Assembly (NCBI GenBank): GCA_002163155.1
Contig: MAAO01000005.1
Coordinates: forward strand, 167,874-231,873
Direction of reading: 5' to 3'
DNA: 64,000 nt
Origin: Halobacteriovorax marinus
Lineage (GTDB): Bacteria > Bdellovibrionota > Bacteriovoracia > Bacteriovoracales > Bacteriovoracaceae
Below are positions 26,981 through 36,517 of this stretch, piece after piece. The notes under the pieces were generated by a model. It had not been told where the DNA came from. It worked only from the letters and a program-made list of their open reading frames with translations, and searched no databases. The first letter of the stretch is position 1. Each line of letters opens with the position of its first letter. The position numbers were made by a program, and so were the translations under genes.

Positions 26981-27927
26981 GATTTAGTACTCTCTCGTTG
27001 GATTAATAGTGTGAATGTAGAACCTTTCTCTAGGCCTTCACTTTCTATATCTATTCTTCCCTTATGTATTTTTAGTATCTGAGACGTAAGATATAGACCT
27101 AGCCCACTACCTTTTGTCGTCTTACCAATCTGGTAGAACTTTCTAAAAATATTTCGCTGTTCACTCTTATCGATTCCTTTTCCATTATCAACAAAGTCAA
27201 TGGCCATTTTTCTTCCAAGAGAGCGAAAGCTAATTTCAACAATAGGTTTCTTTGTATTATTATATCTAAAGGCGTTAGTGAGAATATTCATGAAAACCAT
27301 TTCCATTAATGAAGTATCAATTAACGCAAAATAATCAACATGATCAATTTTCTTAACAATTATTTCGCCATCTTCAAAGAGGTGTGGATTCTTGGCAAGA
27401 AAGTCTTCTAGAAAAAGAAAGAGATTATGACGATACCTTTTCACGGTGAAGTTCTTATCTTCAATTCTACCTAAATTTAAAATTTGTCCAACGTTATCAG
27501 ATAAACGTTCCGTATCACGAATCATATATTCAATATACTTGAGTTGATCTTCCCTAGAGAGTTCATGCTTCTTGAAGGTGTCTAAGAAAAGTCTCATGGA
27601 AGCAATGGGAGTTTTCAGTTCATGGGTAAAACCGTTAATGAAGTTTTGCTGCAACCTATAGAGCTGAATAACTTTTTGATAATAAACAAAGATAATAATT
27701 GTTCCCGCAAGAATAATCGCCACTAACACCGAAAGAAAGAGAATGGTCACCCAAGTATCAGCTTCAAGAAATTGAACCGCTTCAATTTTATTTTTATCTA
27801 CGAAAATTCGAAGAGAATCATAAACACCTAGATAAGACTGGATATACACAACCAGAGAAGTGATGAGTGCTATCAGGGAGAAAGTGAATATAAAAATTGG
27901 GTGGAAGTACCACTTAAATGATCTCAT
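26977..27927 (-). CDS. Sensor histidine kinase
   Basis: Two TM segments; FTHELKTPIAS; NILTNA; DNGKGI; GSGLGLY. Confidence 0.93.
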   Translation of the reverse strand: MRSFKWYFHPIFIFTFSLIALITSLVVYIQSYLGVYDSLRIFVDKNKIEAVQFLEADTWVTILFLSVLVAIILAGTIIIFVYYQKVIQLYRLQQNFINGFTHELKTPIASMRLFLDTFKKHELSREDQLKYIEYMIRDTERLSDNVGQILNLGRIEDKNFTVKRYRHNLFLFLEDFLAKNPHLFEDGEIIVKKIDHVDYFALIDTSLMEMVFMNILTNAFRYNNTKKPIVEISFRSLGRKMAIDFVDNGKGIDKSEQRNIFRKFYQIGKTTKGSGLGLYLTSQILKIHKGRIDIESEGLEKGSTFTLLIQRESTKS

Positions 27928-28010
27928 GGGGTAAAACTAGCAGAATTATCATCTATTGAACAATTGCAAATGATCCCTCTATCAAGTAGCTTATATCATG
28001 AGGAGACATC

Positions 28011-28673
28011 ATGAATAATATCAATTCTTACATCGATCACACCCTACTTAAGCCGGATGCCACGAAGCAACAAATCGTTCAATTATGCCAAGAGGCCAGT
28101 GAATACAACTTTGCGACAGTATGCATTAATCCTACCTGGATTGAAACGGCTAAGGAGTGTTTAAAAGATAGTGATGTGGGAGTTTGTACTGTGATTGGCT
28201 TTCCTCTTGGTGCAACTCTTTCAGAAGTTAAGGGATTTGAAACCACTAGAGCAATAGAGGCCGGTGCCAGTGAAGTGGATATGGTGATCAATATTGGTGC
28301 TTTAAAAGATGGCCTAGATGAAGTTGTACTAAAAGATATATCGACCGTAGTAGAAGCTGCAAGAGAAGTTCCCGTTAAAGTCATTATTGAAACTTGTCTC
28401 TTAAGCGACGAAGAAAAAGTAAGGGCCTGCCAACTCTCAGAAAAGGCCGGAGCAAAATTTGTTAAAACTTCAACTGGATTTTCAACAGGTGGTGCTACTC
28501 TTAGTGACGTAGAACTCATGCGAGCAACTGTGAGTGATAAAGTTCTTGTTAAGGCGTCTGGAGGCGTAAGAGATTTAGAAGCCGCTAAGAAAATGATAGC
28601 TGCCGGTGCCGCAAGACTTGGAACCAGCTCAGGAATAAAAATTCTCAAAGGTGAAGTTGTTAAAGGATATTAA
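28011..28673 (+). CDS. deoC: Deoxyribose-phosphate aldolase
   Basis: [51 protein letters not shown]. Confidence 0.97.
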   Translation: MNNINSYIDHTLLKPDATKQQIVQLCQEASEYNFATVCINPTWIETAKECLKDSDVGVCTVIGFPLGATLSEVKGFETTRAIEAGASEVDMVINIGALKDGLDEVVLKDISTVVEAAREVPVKVIIETCLLSDEEKVRACQLSEKAGAKFVKTSTGFSTGGATLSDVELMRATVSDKVLVKASGGVRDLEAAKKMIAAGAARLGTSSGIKILKGEVVKGY

Positions 28674-29647
28674 TGACAGTTTTTGTAATTCTTTGGAGTA
28701 CAGACAACTACTCCTGTAGAATAGACCTTCTTGATTTTCTTACCTTTAACTAAGTCTAGTAATATATCGATCGCATCGTAACCCATCTTGTAAGGATTCT
28801 GACCTATATTACCACTGGAGAGGCCGTCTCTTAAAAGATCCATTTGTGCAGGTTGGGCATCAGAAGAGAAGGAAAAAAGTTTTCCATTTTTCAAATATTT
28901 CTTATAACTAGAAATGGTTTCAATATAAGCTTTTGTAGAAAGCTGTGCCCATCCCCCCATGAAAATGACAGAAGACTTCTTCATCTTTTCAAGTGATACG
29001 GAAAAGATATGATCCATCTGACTAATGGCGCGAGGAGAATTTTCTAAACAATAGAGCGGACATCTTGGATTCTGAGTAAAGATTTCACCATTAGCATTCT
29101 TTAGAGATTCATTAAAACCTCTGACTCGCTCATTTAAATTGAAAGTATAACTATGACCACTAATCACACAGTATTCTGAATTTATACCACCAGCATTACT
29201 CTTCTTATAGAGCTCTCCCAACTGAAATCCTAATTCATAGTTATTTGTTCCAATATAAGCCGCACGTAAATTTGGTTCTGCTTTCAATACCTTTTTAGAA
29301 AAGTCAGCATCCACAGTCACAATGGGAAAGTCTTTAGGAACATGTTTATGAATAGATCTTTGCATGTATTCCGAATTAATAACAGTTAAGGCCAGACCAT
29401 CAACTTTATACTTATCCATAAATTCAAAGAGTTTGATTTCTTGCACTCTTGGATTGGCCTCTTCCATCTTGGCAAAGTGACATTCAACATTGGGAAGTTC
29501 TTTTGCACGTGCCATACATCCCCTTTCAATTTCTTTGAAGAAAGAAGAACGAGACTCTTTGGCGATAAAACCAAAACGGTAAATTTTCTCTTGCGACATA
29601 CAAAGTGGGCTAAATAATAAGAGCGAAATTAAGAGTACTTTTTCCAT
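28670..29647 (-). CDS. Periplasmic sugar-binding protein (RbsB/LacI-type fold), orphan
   Basis: Signal peptide; [42 protein letters not shown]. Confidence 0.82.
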   Translation of the reverse strand: MEKVLLISLLLFSPLCMSQEKIYRFGFIAKESRSSFFKEIERGCMARAKELPNVECHFAKMEEANPRVQEIKLFEFMDKYKVDGLALTVINSEYMQRSIHKHVPKDFPIVTVDADFSKKVLKAEPNLRAAYIGTNNYELGFQLGELYKKSNAGGINSEYCVISGHSYTFNLNERVRGFNESLKNANGEIFTQNPRCPLYCLENSPRAISQMDHIFSVSLEKMKKSSVIFMGGWAQLSTKAYIETISSYKKYLKNGKLFSFSSDAQPAQMDLLRDGLSSGNIGQNPYKMGYDAIDILLDLVKGKKIKKVYSTGVVVCTPKNYKNCH

Positions 29648-29692
29648 AAGATATTATACATGAAAAACAATATCTTTGAACTTTAGACAAAG

Positions 29693-30346
29693 TTAACTTT
29701 TTGCTATTAAGGCCGAAACGAATCTTCCATCGTGGGACATACTAAGGTCCCAGCTCTCTAATTGTAGACCATCCTTCCAAATTTCAGGTGGACCAAAACG
29801 AACCCCTAGAGGAAAGCGAAGGATCTCAATATCTTCTAAAGATTTCCCTTGTAGAGTTAACTTGGCCAACTCTCTTACCGCTTTGGATTCTTTAGAATAA
29901 ATTGAGGATTCTTCTTCAGCAGTGAAAACAAAGTCTGTTGTCACTTCTTGAGTTTCCACAACTGACCATTCTAGAACCTGGAGCGACTGTCCCTCCTTTG
30001 AGAAGGTTCCTATACAGTGAATCCAAGATTCACTATATTGCCATTGGACATCAATAGTATATTTATCATACCTAACAATGCCATGACTTCCTGAATGCTT
30101 CTCCACATGAAAGAGTGAGTGGGCAAAGACTAAATCAGGAATAATTTTCTTCAAAATTTTATAGGCAGATTCTTTGGCAGACCAAAGAGTCCATAGAAAG
30201 ATATCTGGATCACTCTGAGCTTTTAAGAGAGTGTATTCCTCTGCAGTTAAAACTCTCTTAATAAATCTCTCGTTCTTAGATTTCTTTTTAATTTCAGGTT
30301 CAAGTAGATCTATTAAATCATTTCCGACTAGACACTTCATGCTCAA
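29693..30346 (-). CDS. 4'-phosphopantetheinyl transferase
   Basis: VGNDLIDL, LWSAKESAYK and SMSHDG motifs; last gene of the FAS cluster. Confidence 0.9.
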   Translation of the reverse strand: MSMKCLVGNDLIDLLEPEIKKKSKNERFIKRVLTAEEYTLLKAQSDPDIFLWTLWSAKESAYKILKKIIPDLVFAHSLFHVEKHSGSHGIVRYDKYTIDVQWQYSESWIHCIGTFSKEGQSLQVLEWSVVETQEVTTDFVFTAEEESSIYSKESKAVRELAKLTLQGKSLEDIEILRFPLGVRFGPPEIWKDGLQLESWDLSMSHDGRFVSALIAKS

Positions 30347-31106
30347 AGTACTCCTCTTCCATTTTCTTTATTTCACTGATGACTTGAATTGAGAGATCTC
30401 TTACTTTCCTAAGACCTTTTAATTCTGAAGTTGGTGTGGTCATTTTCATACTGAGATGAAATCTTTCACCTTTTGAAGGAAAGTTGGCAAAACCACCATT
30501 CTTTATTCCACGCATATAAATACAAAGGACTTTAGTGTTAGGAAGTGATTTTAATAATTGTCCCGTTCCGTAGGAGAAATCCTCATCATCAACTATTCCC
30601 GTACGACTTCTCTTACCCTCAGGAAAAATTGAAATCAAATCTCCTCTATTTAAAATATAGAGCATTTTGTCAGTGGATTCTTTAGCCTGTTTTGGAGAAG
30701 CTTTCCTAGTAACAGGAATACACTTTCCTAAGTAACAAACCATTCTCCAATGGAGTTTATGATAGAAGTTTTTCTTCTCTGGTAGATTCCATGGAAGCCT
30801 TCTAAAATGCAATAAATAGTTAGGAATCGAACTGAGAATAACCCCTTGAATAATAGAATCTATCAACGTTAAGTGGTTGGTACAAACTAGTACAGGACCT
30901 TTGGCTTCTTTTAGCAGATCTTTGTATTGTTTCCTTAGCTCTTTTAAATTATCCACTTGGTATTTAAACTTAACGTGAAATAACAAGTGCATCAAAGGAC
31001 CAAAGAAGACAAAGAGACAGCGCGATGCTGCCCTTTGTATCTCTAAATTTAATTTTGTACTAAGTGGTAAACTAGTTAAGCTTTGTGTTGATAAGCTTGA
31101 CGGCAT
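30318..31106 (-). CDS. Acyl-ACP acyltransferase (PlsC/LPLAT family)
   Basis: NHLTLID (HxxxxD), CIPVTR, IFPEGKRSRTG. Start uncertain; ATG at 31106 overlaps the ACP 3' end. Confidence 0.85.
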   Translation of the reverse strand: MPSSLSTQSLTSLPLSTKLNLEIQRAASRCLFVFFGPLMHLLFHVKFKYQVDNLKELRKQYKDLLKEAKGPVLVCTNHLTLIDSIIQGVILSSIPNYLLHFRRLPWNLPEKKNFYHKLHWRMVCYLGKCIPVTRKASPKQAKESTDKMLYILNRGDLISIFPEGKRSRTGIVDDEDFSYGTGQLLKSLPNTKVLCIYMRGIKNGGFANFPSKGERFHLSMKMTTPTSELKGLRKVRDLSIQVISEIKKMEEEYFEHEVSSRK

Positions 31107-31320
31107 CACCGATTGTCCAGATTTCATCTGCAGCCTCATCCTCTACTTCAATATCAAATTCATCTTCGAATGCTAAAACAATATCAACAAGACGTGCAGA
31201 GTTGACTCCTAGGTCTTCTAGTATTTTAGATTCTTGAGTAAGAGTCGAAAGAGACTCTGTATTTTTTGCGTATGGCTTAATTAGTCCTACTACTTTTTCG
31301 TAAATTTCTGTTTCGTTCAT
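31072..31320 (-). CDS. Acyl carrier protein
   Basis: 82 aa, acidic; DLGVNSARLVDIV..FEDEFDI with the predicted Ppant Ser; GGAGA Shine-Dalgarno. Confidence 0.92.
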   Translation of the reverse strand: MNETEIYEKVVGLIKPYAKNTESLSTLTQESKILEDLGVNSARLVDIVLAFEDEFDIEVEDEAADEIWTIGDAVKLINTKLN

Positions 31321-31349
31321 TTTGATCTCCTTATAAATAAACTGATTTA

Positions 31350-32621
31350 TTATTCTTCATATTTCTTAAAAAGGACACAGCCATTAACGTCACCAAAACC
31401 GAAGCTTGATTTTGCTATAACTTTCCCTTTAAATTCTACTGTCTTTCTAACTACACTCTTTTCTACTTTTTGAATTTCAGGATGTAAGTCTTCACAGTTT
31501 AGAGAACCATGAATAAAACCTTTATTCAACTGTAAAACAGTAGCAACACACTCAAGTCCACCAGCTGCTCCAAGAGCATGACCAATCATAGACTTTGTAG
31601 AGTTGATAAGTGGAAATTCTGACTCTGAAATTTCAAGTGCATTCTTCCAATTTCTAATTTCACTAGGATCTGCAAAAGTTGCAGTTAAGTGACCATTGAT
31701 AGCATCAACATCTTTTGCTGCGAGATTCGCCATACTCATGGCCTCTCTAATACATCTCATCACCCCTTCAGGGTTTGGAGCAGTCATTGATCCACCACCA
31801 CGGTGACCACCACTATTAACGTGACCACCAACGATTTCACAATATATTTTAGCTCCACGAGCTTTTGCACTTTCAAGGCTTTCAACCATTAAAAGTCCCG
31901 CGCCAGAACCAGGAATAAATCCTGCAGCACTTTCACTCATAGGTCTTGATGCTTTTTCAGGAGTGTCATTGAATTTAGTATTTAAAACTTTCATTCCGTC
32001 AAAACCTGACCAAATATAGTGAGAAGAACCTTCGGCACCACCGGCCATCATTCTCTTTGATCTGCCTTCTTTAACGTGTAAGAAAGCATTGATAATGGCC
32101 TCTGTTCCCGTTGTACAAGCAGAACTATTCGTTGTTACTTGTCCACCAAGTCCTAGCAGTCCACCTAGTTTAGCACTCACTGAGCTGCACATGACTTGTT
32201 CAACCATTGTGCTTCCTAGTCTTCTTACTTTTCCAGCATCTACTTTAGGAACAAGTTTTTCTCCGATAGTATCCATTCCACCGATACCAGTTCCAATGAT
32301 GGCCCCAGTATCCCAGTCGACTTCACTATCAGGAGAGACCTCTCCAAGTCCTGCATCTTTCCAGCAGTCAATTCCAGCAATCGCTGCATAGATCATACTG
32401 TCATTCATCGCCATTAAGTTTTCACCATCAAGATAACGAGACTTTATTTCATCAACATTCTGAGGAACACCTGCCACTTGGCAACCAAACTTCAGTTCTT
32501 TCATTTTTTCAATAAAGCGGATTCCAGATTTTCCTTCTCTAAGAGAAGTTTCATATTCTTCTAATCCATGACCATTTGGAGCAATAACTCCCATACCTGT
32601 AATTACGACTCTAGTTCCCAC
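31350..32621 (-). CDS. fabF: Beta-ketoacyl-ACP synthase (FabF-like)
   Basis: RVVITGMG, SSACTTG (Cys), NGHLTAT and KSMIGHALGAAG (His-His), SSFGFG. Confidence 0.88.
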   Translation of the reverse strand: MGTRVVITGMGVIAPNGHGLEEYETSLREGKSGIRFIEKMKELKFGCQVAGVPQNVDEIKSRYLDGENLMAMNDSMIYAAIAGIDCWKDAGLGEVSPDSEVDWDTGAIIGTGIGGMDTIGEKLVPKVDAGKVRRLGSTMVEQVMCSSVSAKLGGLLGLGGQVTTNSSACTTGTEAIINAFLHVKEGRSKRMMAGGAEGSSHYIWSGFDGMKVLNTKFNDTPEKASRPMSESAAGFIPGSGAGLLMVESLESAKARGAKIYCEIVGGHVNSGGHRGGGSMTAPNPEGVMRCIREAMSMANLAAKDVDAINGHLTATFADPSEIRNWKNALEISESEFPLINSTKSMIGHALGAAGGLECVATVLQLNKGFIHGSLNCEDLHPEIQKVEKSVVRKTVEFKGKVIAKSSFGFGDVNGCVLFKKYEE

Positions 32622-33063
32622 GCTTTACTCCCATTCCTGCAACTGTTCCCTCTGCTACAAGGTCACCGTTATCTAAATACATTCTAACTTTAGAACGTAG
32701 TTTCATTCTTCTATAAAATACTTTCTCACCTTTAATAGTCACTGTCTGACCCGGTAGAACTGGTAGATAGAAATCCATCTGACAATCCGTAAAGAAAGTT
32801 GTCCACTGTGGTAATTCTTCTTCTCCAACTTTTAGCGCAGTTAGATATAACCCAAGAGCAACCACACCAGTTTGTGCCATCGCCTCAGTTAGGATCACGC
32901 CAGGAGTTACAGGATCACCTGGAAAGTGACCTTGGTAGAAATACTCATCTTCTTTAAATGTGTATCTACCTACAATGTAATCTTCTGAGAGCTCAACTAT
33001 TTCATCTAAGAAACGAAATGGTTTTTGCTGTGGAATATATTCTAGAACTTTAGAGGGCTCCAT
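32611..33063 (-). CDS. fabZ: 3-hydroxyacyl-ACP dehydratase, FabZ type
   Basis: IPQQKPFRFLD; GHFPGDPVTPGVILTEAMAQ (His/Glu). Confidence 0.88.
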   Translation of the reverse strand: MEPSKVLEYIPQQKPFRFLDEIVELSEDYIVGRYTFKEDEYFYQGHFPGDPVTPGVILTEAMAQTGVVALGLYLTALKVGEEELPQWTTFFTDCQMDFYLPVLPGQTVTIKGEKVFYRRMKLRSKVRMYLDNGDLVAEGTVAGMGVKRGN

Positions 33064-33781
33064 ACATTCCTCCGTTTACGTGAAATGTATTCCCTGTACA
33101 GTAATTTCCCTCAGTAGCGAGAAAACGCACCATACTAGCTATGTCTTCTGGTTTTCCCATTCTTCCAAGTGGAATTCTTTCTATAATTTTTAACTTTTCT
33201 TCTTCAGGTAAACTCTCTGTCATTGGTGTTTCAATAAAGCCTGGGGCAATTGAATTCACTAAAATTCCGTAGTGAGCAAACTCTAAAGAACAAGTCTTAG
33301 TGAAACTATTTATCGCCGCTTTAGTCATGGCATAAACCGATTGACCAGCGTTCCCTGTACTTCCTACAACAGAAGAAATATTTATAATACGACCAGCTGA
33401 CTTTCTCGCCATCATTCTTCCTAGTCTCTTAGTAAGGTACCAAGTACTTCTCATATTAACCGAAACAACTTGATCAAAGTCAGCAAGTTTCGCTCTCATA
33501 AGGGGAGCGTCTTTTGTCATTCCTGCATTATTTACAAGAACATCAATTCCACCTAAGGCCTTAAGTTCTTCATAAATATGATCGACTCCAACTTCTGTGG
33601 AAAGGTCAGCTTTAATAAGAAAACTTCCTGGAAGTTCTTCCATAAGTTTCTTAGCTGAGAGATCACTTGATCTATAATGAATTCCTACTCTATATCCAGC
33701 TTTTGCTAACTCTCTACAACAAGCGGCACCAATACCACCGGCTCCACCAGTTACTAAAGCTATTCCTTTATTCTCACTCAT
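33050..33781 (-). CDS. fabG: 3-oxoacyl-ACP reductase
   Basis: TGGAGGIG, VNNAG, NISSVVG, YAMTK, PGFIETPM, VNGG. Confidence 0.88.
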   Translation of the reverse strand: MSENKGIALVTGGAGGIGAACCRELAKAGYRVGIHYRSSDLSAKKLMEELPGSFLIKADLSTEVGVDHIYEELKALGGIDVLVNNAGMTKDAPLMRAKLADFDQVVSVNMRSTWYLTKRLGRMMARKSAGRIINISSVVGSTGNAGQSVYAMTKAAINSFTKTCSLEFAHYGILVNSIAPGFIETPMTESLPEEEKLKIIERIPLGRMGKPEDIASMVRFLATEGNYCTGNTFHVNGGMYGAL

Positions 33782-34362
33782 TTCTTCATCACTCCTCCGG
33801 TACTATTCTTAGACCGATTGGGATAGTCGCCATATTGAATGTCAGGAAAAACTCCGACTTTGGCATCGTTAATTGTATAAATTTGTTCACCATCAACAAG
33901 AACTTTCCCCGTTCCAATAACGATCGAAGTTCCTTGTATCTGAGTAAAACGTCTCACTTCAATATCGTAAGTGACAACTTTATCGTAGGGTCTAATTTGT
34001 CCTTCAAATTCAACTTCCTTACAACCAAGTGCCCTTCCACTTCCCGTTGCTCCTCTTAGAGCACAGTACATACCAAGCAATTGCCAAACAGCATCCACTC
34101 CAAGACAACCAGGTTGCACAGGATCATTTCTAAAATGACACTGAAAGAACCAAGCATCAGTAGTGATATCTTGTTCGGCCACAATTCTTCCGCGCTTTCC
34201 GTTATGTTCAATACTAACAATGCGATCAAACATAAGCATTGGCGGAGCTGGAAGAGAAGGAATTAAACCAGGAGCATCGCTCACTAGAGTTTGATTTCCC
34301 CACGCCAGTAATTGTTCTTTATCAAGTCTGCTTGAATCTAAAAATTCATTGTAATTCATCAT
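33778..34362 (-). CDS. fabA: 3-hydroxyacyl-ACP dehydratase/isomerase, FabA type
   Basis: LPAPPMLMFDRI; WFFQCHFRNDPVQPGCLGVDAVWQLLG (His/Asp, FabA-diagnostic); GRALG. Confidence 0.9.
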   Translation of the reverse strand: MMNYNEFLDSSRLDKEQLLAWGNQTLVSDAPGLIPSLPAPPMLMFDRIVSIEHNGKRGRIVAEQDITTDAWFFQCHFRNDPVQPGCLGVDAVWQLLGMYCALRGATGSGRALGCKEVEFEGQIRPYDKVVTYDIEVRRFTQIQGTSIVIGTGKVLVDGEQIYTINDAKVGVFPDIQYGDYPNRSKNSTGGVMKK

Positions 34363-35354
34363 TATTTAGCTACCTCTAATAAAACTCCACCCCAACTAAG
34401 ACCTGCTCCCACAACTCCCATGATCACGAGATCACCCGCCACAAGGGAATCAATATTTTGAGAAAGAACTGATGGAGCACCAGCGGCACCACAGTTTCCA
34501 AATTTGTCTACGTTGAAGAAGTGATTCTTGGAATCGATTTCGGCCATACGACAAACTGAATTCAACATCAGTAGATTTGCTTGGTGACCGATAAATTTAA
34601 CATTATTTTCTCTCTCACCTTCAATGATTTCTCTCATTTTTTTAATAATGGCGAGAGATCTTTTGATAGCGAAAGTTTGAACTGTTCTTCCATCTTGTTT
34701 AAAGTGAGAGCCAGTTCTAAAAGTCACTTTCTCCCAACCTTTAGGAGAAGAAGTTAAGAAACTATGTAGGACTTTTATTTTAGATGGTGTCTTAGTTGAA
34801 ACCACCATAGCACTTGTACAATCACCCCAGAGCACAGCTGAGCTTCTATCAGAATAATCAATAGAACGAGTACTGTTTTCAGGGTTCACAACTAAGATAT
34901 ATTCAGGAAGTGCATCTGGTTGCATAGTGTTTAAAAAATTCAACTGTGCTGCCATTGATGAACAAGCAGAATTGATATCCATTGCAGGAACTTCTAATTC
35001 TAATTCACCTGCAATTGTGCAAGCTTCAGCAGGGCAGCTGTACTGAGGAGTACAACTACCAGAAATAACCATGCCTATATCACTTAACTTTAATCCAGCT
35101 TTTTCAACGGCCATACGAGACGCCAAGGCACCTGTTTGGGCATTAGTATAAAGAGAAGCTTCACGGGCCATGGCCACATCAGCGTTCTTAGTCTCTTTTA
35201 AATAATCTAGTGGCAGTACGGTACGTCTTGATTCAATACCTACTCTTTCAAGAATCCACTCATGAGTTGTTCCAATATCTAAGTTTTCCAGAAATTGGTT
35301 ATCAATTATGTTTTCAGGATGAAAATGTCCAACGCCATGTAAGTACAACATCAA
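34362..35354 (-). CDS. fabH: Beta-ketoacyl-ACP synthase III (FabH-like)
   Basis: WILERVGIESRR, DINSACSS (Cys), LWGD, GHQAN (His), GNCGAA (Asn), GAGLSWG. Confidence 0.85.
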   Translation of the reverse strand: MMLYLHGVGHFHPENIIDNQFLENLDIGTTHEWILERVGIESRRTVLPLDYLKETKNADVAMAREASLYTNAQTGALASRMAVEKAGLKLSDIGMVISGSCTPQYSCPAEACTIAGELELEVPAMDINSACSSMAAQLNFLNTMQPDALPEYILVVNPENSTRSIDYSDRSSAVLWGDCTSAMVVSTKTPSKIKVLHSFLTSSPKGWEKVTFRTGSHFKQDGRTVQTFAIKRSLAIIKKMREIIEGERENNVKFIGHQANLLMLNSVCRMAEIDSKNHFFNVDKFGNCGAAGAPSVLSQNIDSLVAGDLVIMGVVGAGLSWGGVLLEVAK

Positions 35355-35374
35355 TAATTAACCTTAACTCTAAT

Positions 35375-36313
35375 TTAAAGAGAAGCTATTTGTTCTCCAC
35401 CATCCACGCGAATGATAGATCCATTAATCCAAGCGGCTTCATCAGTACACATAAGAGCGATAAAGTTGGCCACGTCAGTAGGAGTTGTTGTTCTATTAAA
35501 TGGATTTCTAAGTTTTGCCACAGACTCCATTCCTATACTTCCAGGAATAAGTTTAAGGGCAGGAGTTGGAGTCACACCTGGTTGTAAAATATTTGATCTA
35601 ATTCCGTATGGTGCAAATTCAACTGCAATAGATCTTGAAATAGATTCAAGTGCAACTTTTGCAGCAGCAACAGCAGCGTAACCTTTCCAAGCGACAGTGT
35701 TCCCTTCACTTGTAAGACCTATAACTCTAGCATCATCAGCAAAGAGTTCATTTTTAAAGACATCTTGAACCCATGAAAGAAGACTAGTCCCCATAGAGTA
35801 GATAGTTTGTTCCATATCTTCTTCACCTAAGAGCATTTCAGAATGCTTGTGAGTTTGAAGAGTATGTAGAGAACTAACGCCTTCCTCTAAGAGAGTATCA
35901 ACGGCATTCGTTAATGTGTCTTTAGAAAGACCTAGTTTTTCAGAAAGTTTTGCAATGGCAATATCACTGGCTGATTCATTTTTAGAAGGAGCAATTCCTT
36001 TTAAATTTCCAAAAGCTATTGAGTGAAGAAGAAGTCTAACCTTTCCGTTCTCTCCCATATTTTCTTTTAGAGTGGAGATCACTTCGTCTCTTCCAACTTC
36101 TGTAAGAGCATTAATATTTAAAGAAACAAATTTAGAATCATTTGCTCTGATTTCATCAAAGTCTTTTTCAATTCTACTCATGGCACCACGTCTATCACGG
36201 TGAACGATAAGTATGTTCATTCCATGACGACTAAGTTTCTTAGCTGTTGCTAGACCAAATCCACTTGATCCACCTAATATGACTGCCCAATGATTACTAT
36301 TAAATTTTTCCAT
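35375..36313 (-). CDS. Enoyl-ACP reductase-like SDR (second ENR)
   Basis: LGGSSGFG, LLHSIA, YAAVAAAK (Yx6K, ENR type), TPALKLIP, IRVDGG. Confidence 0.8.
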   Translation of the reverse strand: MEKFNSNHWAVILGGSSGFGLATAKKLSRHGMNILIVHRDRRGAMSRIEKDFDEIRANDSKFVSLNINALTEVGRDEVISTLKENMGENGKVRLLLHSIAFGNLKGIAPSKNESASDIAIAKLSEKLGLSKDTLTNAVDTLLEEGVSSLHTLQTHKHSEMLLGEEDMEQTIYSMGTSLLSWVQDVFKNELFADDARVIGLTSEGNTVAWKGYAAVAAAKVALESISRSIAVEFAPYGIRSNILQPGVTPTPALKLIPGSIGMESVAKLRNPFNRTTTPTDVANFIALMCTDEAAWINGSIIRVDGGEQIASL

Positions 36314-36412
36314 TTCTTATCCTTTGATAATTAAACTCTCGACATTAGAAACTAGGTCAAATTGAATGAAAATAGAAGGGGCGGAGAATTACAAAACTTT
36401 TACAGAGTGTAA

Positions 36413-36434
36413 GACGCACAAAACGATGTGCGTC
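36413..36434. promoter_or_regulatory. Perfect inverted repeat upstream of the FAS cluster (candidate operator)
   Basis: GACGCACA-AAACGA-TGTGCGTC, 100 nt upstream of the ENR start, with no U tail. Confidence 0.4.
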
Positions 36435-36517
36435 AAGGATCAACTGACTGAAACTACTTATGAAAAAAGCTAACTCAAGACAAACATAAACTTTTGTTCA
36501 AGAGCAGCTATAACGGG

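Noticed and set aside
28079-28648. 189-aa minus-strand ORF
   Set aside because: It is the antisense shadow of deoC.
28011-29647. deoC plus sugar-binding protein as a nucleoside uptake operon
   Set aside because: The genes are convergent, and no permease or ATPase is nearby, so a link is unsupported.
29693-36313. Aryl polyene, ladderane or PUFA synthase assignment for the FAS cluster
   Set aside because: No chain-length factor partner, AMP-ligase, ladderane-type radical SAM/desaturase genes or multidomain pfa genes are seen.
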